Part shown: positions 62,490 to 64,000 of the stretch, piece after piece
How positions within the stretch are numbered: the stretch's first letter is position 1
How the letters are laid out: each line of letters opens with the position of its first letter
DNA from: Hypanus sabinus
Taxonomy: Eukaryota
Assembly (NCBI RefSeq): GCF_030144855.1
Contig: NC_082710.1
Span: forward strand, 133,362,001-133,426,000
Length of the DNA stretch: 64,000 nt
Direction of reading: 5' to 3'
The notes under the pieces: model-generated
Told to the model about the DNA's origin: nothing
The model's database searches: none
What the model saw: the letters and a program-made list of their open reading frames with translations, nothing else
Made by a program: the position numbers and the translations under genes

Positions 62490-63210
62490 TAAGATGGCGA
62501 CATGTTTGATCACAGCAGCTTCTACGGGGTCAACCAAAAGTGATATTATCCTTTTTAAATGTATTTTTTATGATCTTAGGATTCTGCTGAACTTTAAGAC
62601 CTTAAAGTACTGAAGGTTTATCCCATCTGCGCGCTGTTTGTTGGCAGAGAAACTGAAGGAGCTGGAATTGGTCCGGATCCCACTGTGCCTGTGACAGAGA
62701 GATATTGGTGTGCAGTCTAATAGCAAGTGGTGGGCTTAATTACCTTCCTTGTGATCACAAGATCCTGTTGGATATTGTTAATGTGGAAAGGTGCAAGCCC
62801 AATTCACTGATTGATAGGTGGATGGTAGGGAGCTGCGTGGCCTTGGTTGTAGCGTAGCCATGGTGTTGCCTGTATACAGACGTTCATGAGAGAGGCATTG
62901 GAGATGGTACATTCCACTAGAGGTGTCCAAGCTGGAGTTTTGCTGCTCTCCAGTGTTTGCTCGACTGCAGTCAAGTTGTATCGTGATCGACTGCAGATAT
63001 CTGTAACATTTGTGGATTCAGGGTCTTGGACAATCTTTTTTTTTGTATGACTGTATTTACTGTTAGATGTGCTTGCTATCTTATGTGTGCTGTATGTGCC
63101 TTGTGCTATGTGTGACTGTGTTTTGCACCTTGGCTCAGGATTAATGTTGCTTTGTTTGGTTGTATTCATGACTATTCATGTATGGCTGAATGACAATTAA
63201 ACCTGAGCTA
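62490..63210 (+). mobile_element. Non-coding repeat with an AAGATGGCG start and a Rex1-type tail
   Basis: Ends GAATGACAATTAAACCTGA, matching the tail type at 3334-3400 and 55303. Confidence 0.5.
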
Positions 63211-64000
63211 TGAACTGTTCTGTTATGCATCTCAGGCATCAATTTTCCTCCAGGTCAATGAAGTATGAAAGATAAAATTTCACCTCTTGCATATGTTAAT
63301 AGTCACCTATGACCAACAGAGTACTTGGACATCAAAAGTCATGGCATCCAAAGGGGAATTTTGAGTTTTTACTGTTGAACTACACACGTCAAGTGTGTTT
63401 GTTTTGGAAGGAGAAAGGTGACTTGAGAATAGTTTCATGCAAATTGTAGTTCCTCCAATTAAAAAGCATGGGGACAAAAAATTGAGGAGGGTATCTTCTG
63501 TCCCTTCACTTCATGACCTCATACTAAGATGGTTTCTCTGAAACATTGAACAAACTGTCCTAAATTTCAGAAGCTGTGCAATCCAGTATCAGTTATGTAG
63601 ACTGTATGTCACTTTGTATCCAATTCCGCAAATTGGACGTTGCAGGAGTGATTCAATAAGTTGTCCCATTGTTTAAAGGAACATGATTTCTGCTTGCTCT
63701 TCTGGATGTAGATGGGAGTCTCATTAAATCTTTCAAAGACCAAACTTAATGCATGGCCAGGATATATCCAGCTCAAAATCTTACTACTGTTCTAAATTTT
63801 CCAATTCAGATGAGGCGTCATTGACTGGAAACGTTAACCCTCTACATAAATGATACCTGACTTCTGAACAATCTCCAGAATTTCTTGCTATATCTTAAGT
63901 AAAATAACTAACATGGCTAATATGTTAATAATTCCATCTTCTAGAAGATGGACCAAGGAATTCCATAAAAAGGGAATCTGTTCTCTGTTAAACTCTAAAT

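Overview
This is a 64-kb window of vertebrate non-coding DNA, AT-rich and dominated by transposable elements. The mix of CR1 LINEs with an esterase ORF1, Rex1/Babar LINEs, HE1-type V-SINEs and Penelope-like repeats points to a cartilaginous fish (shark or ray); this is an inference. I recognise no host protein-coding exon, rRNA, tRNA gene or CRISPR. Every convincing ORF belongs to a decayed transposable element: CR1 and Rex1 RT, a CsRn1-lineage Gypsy LTR element, a Mag-type Gypsy remnant, a Buster/Charlie hAT transposase and Penelope GIY-YIG remnants. The most interesting signals are at the RNA-structure level. (1) A 428-bp non-coding RTE-derived retroposon (37872-38299) has a TSD-defined 5' end that falls exactly on nucleotide 1 of a predicted HDV-like self-cleaving ribozyme. 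(2) A dispersed family of Penelope-derived short repeats carries minimal hammerhead cores, and several copies are inserted as fold-back hairpins with 11-15 bp TSDs. (3) A five-layer nested insertion stack at 11280-16600 has a readable TSD at every insertion. (4) A tRNA-headed SINE family has a shared core but three different tails. There are two assembly gaps, and several TE-poor islands that could be conserved enhancers. All coordinates and alignments were read by eye, so boundaries of old repeats are approximate.
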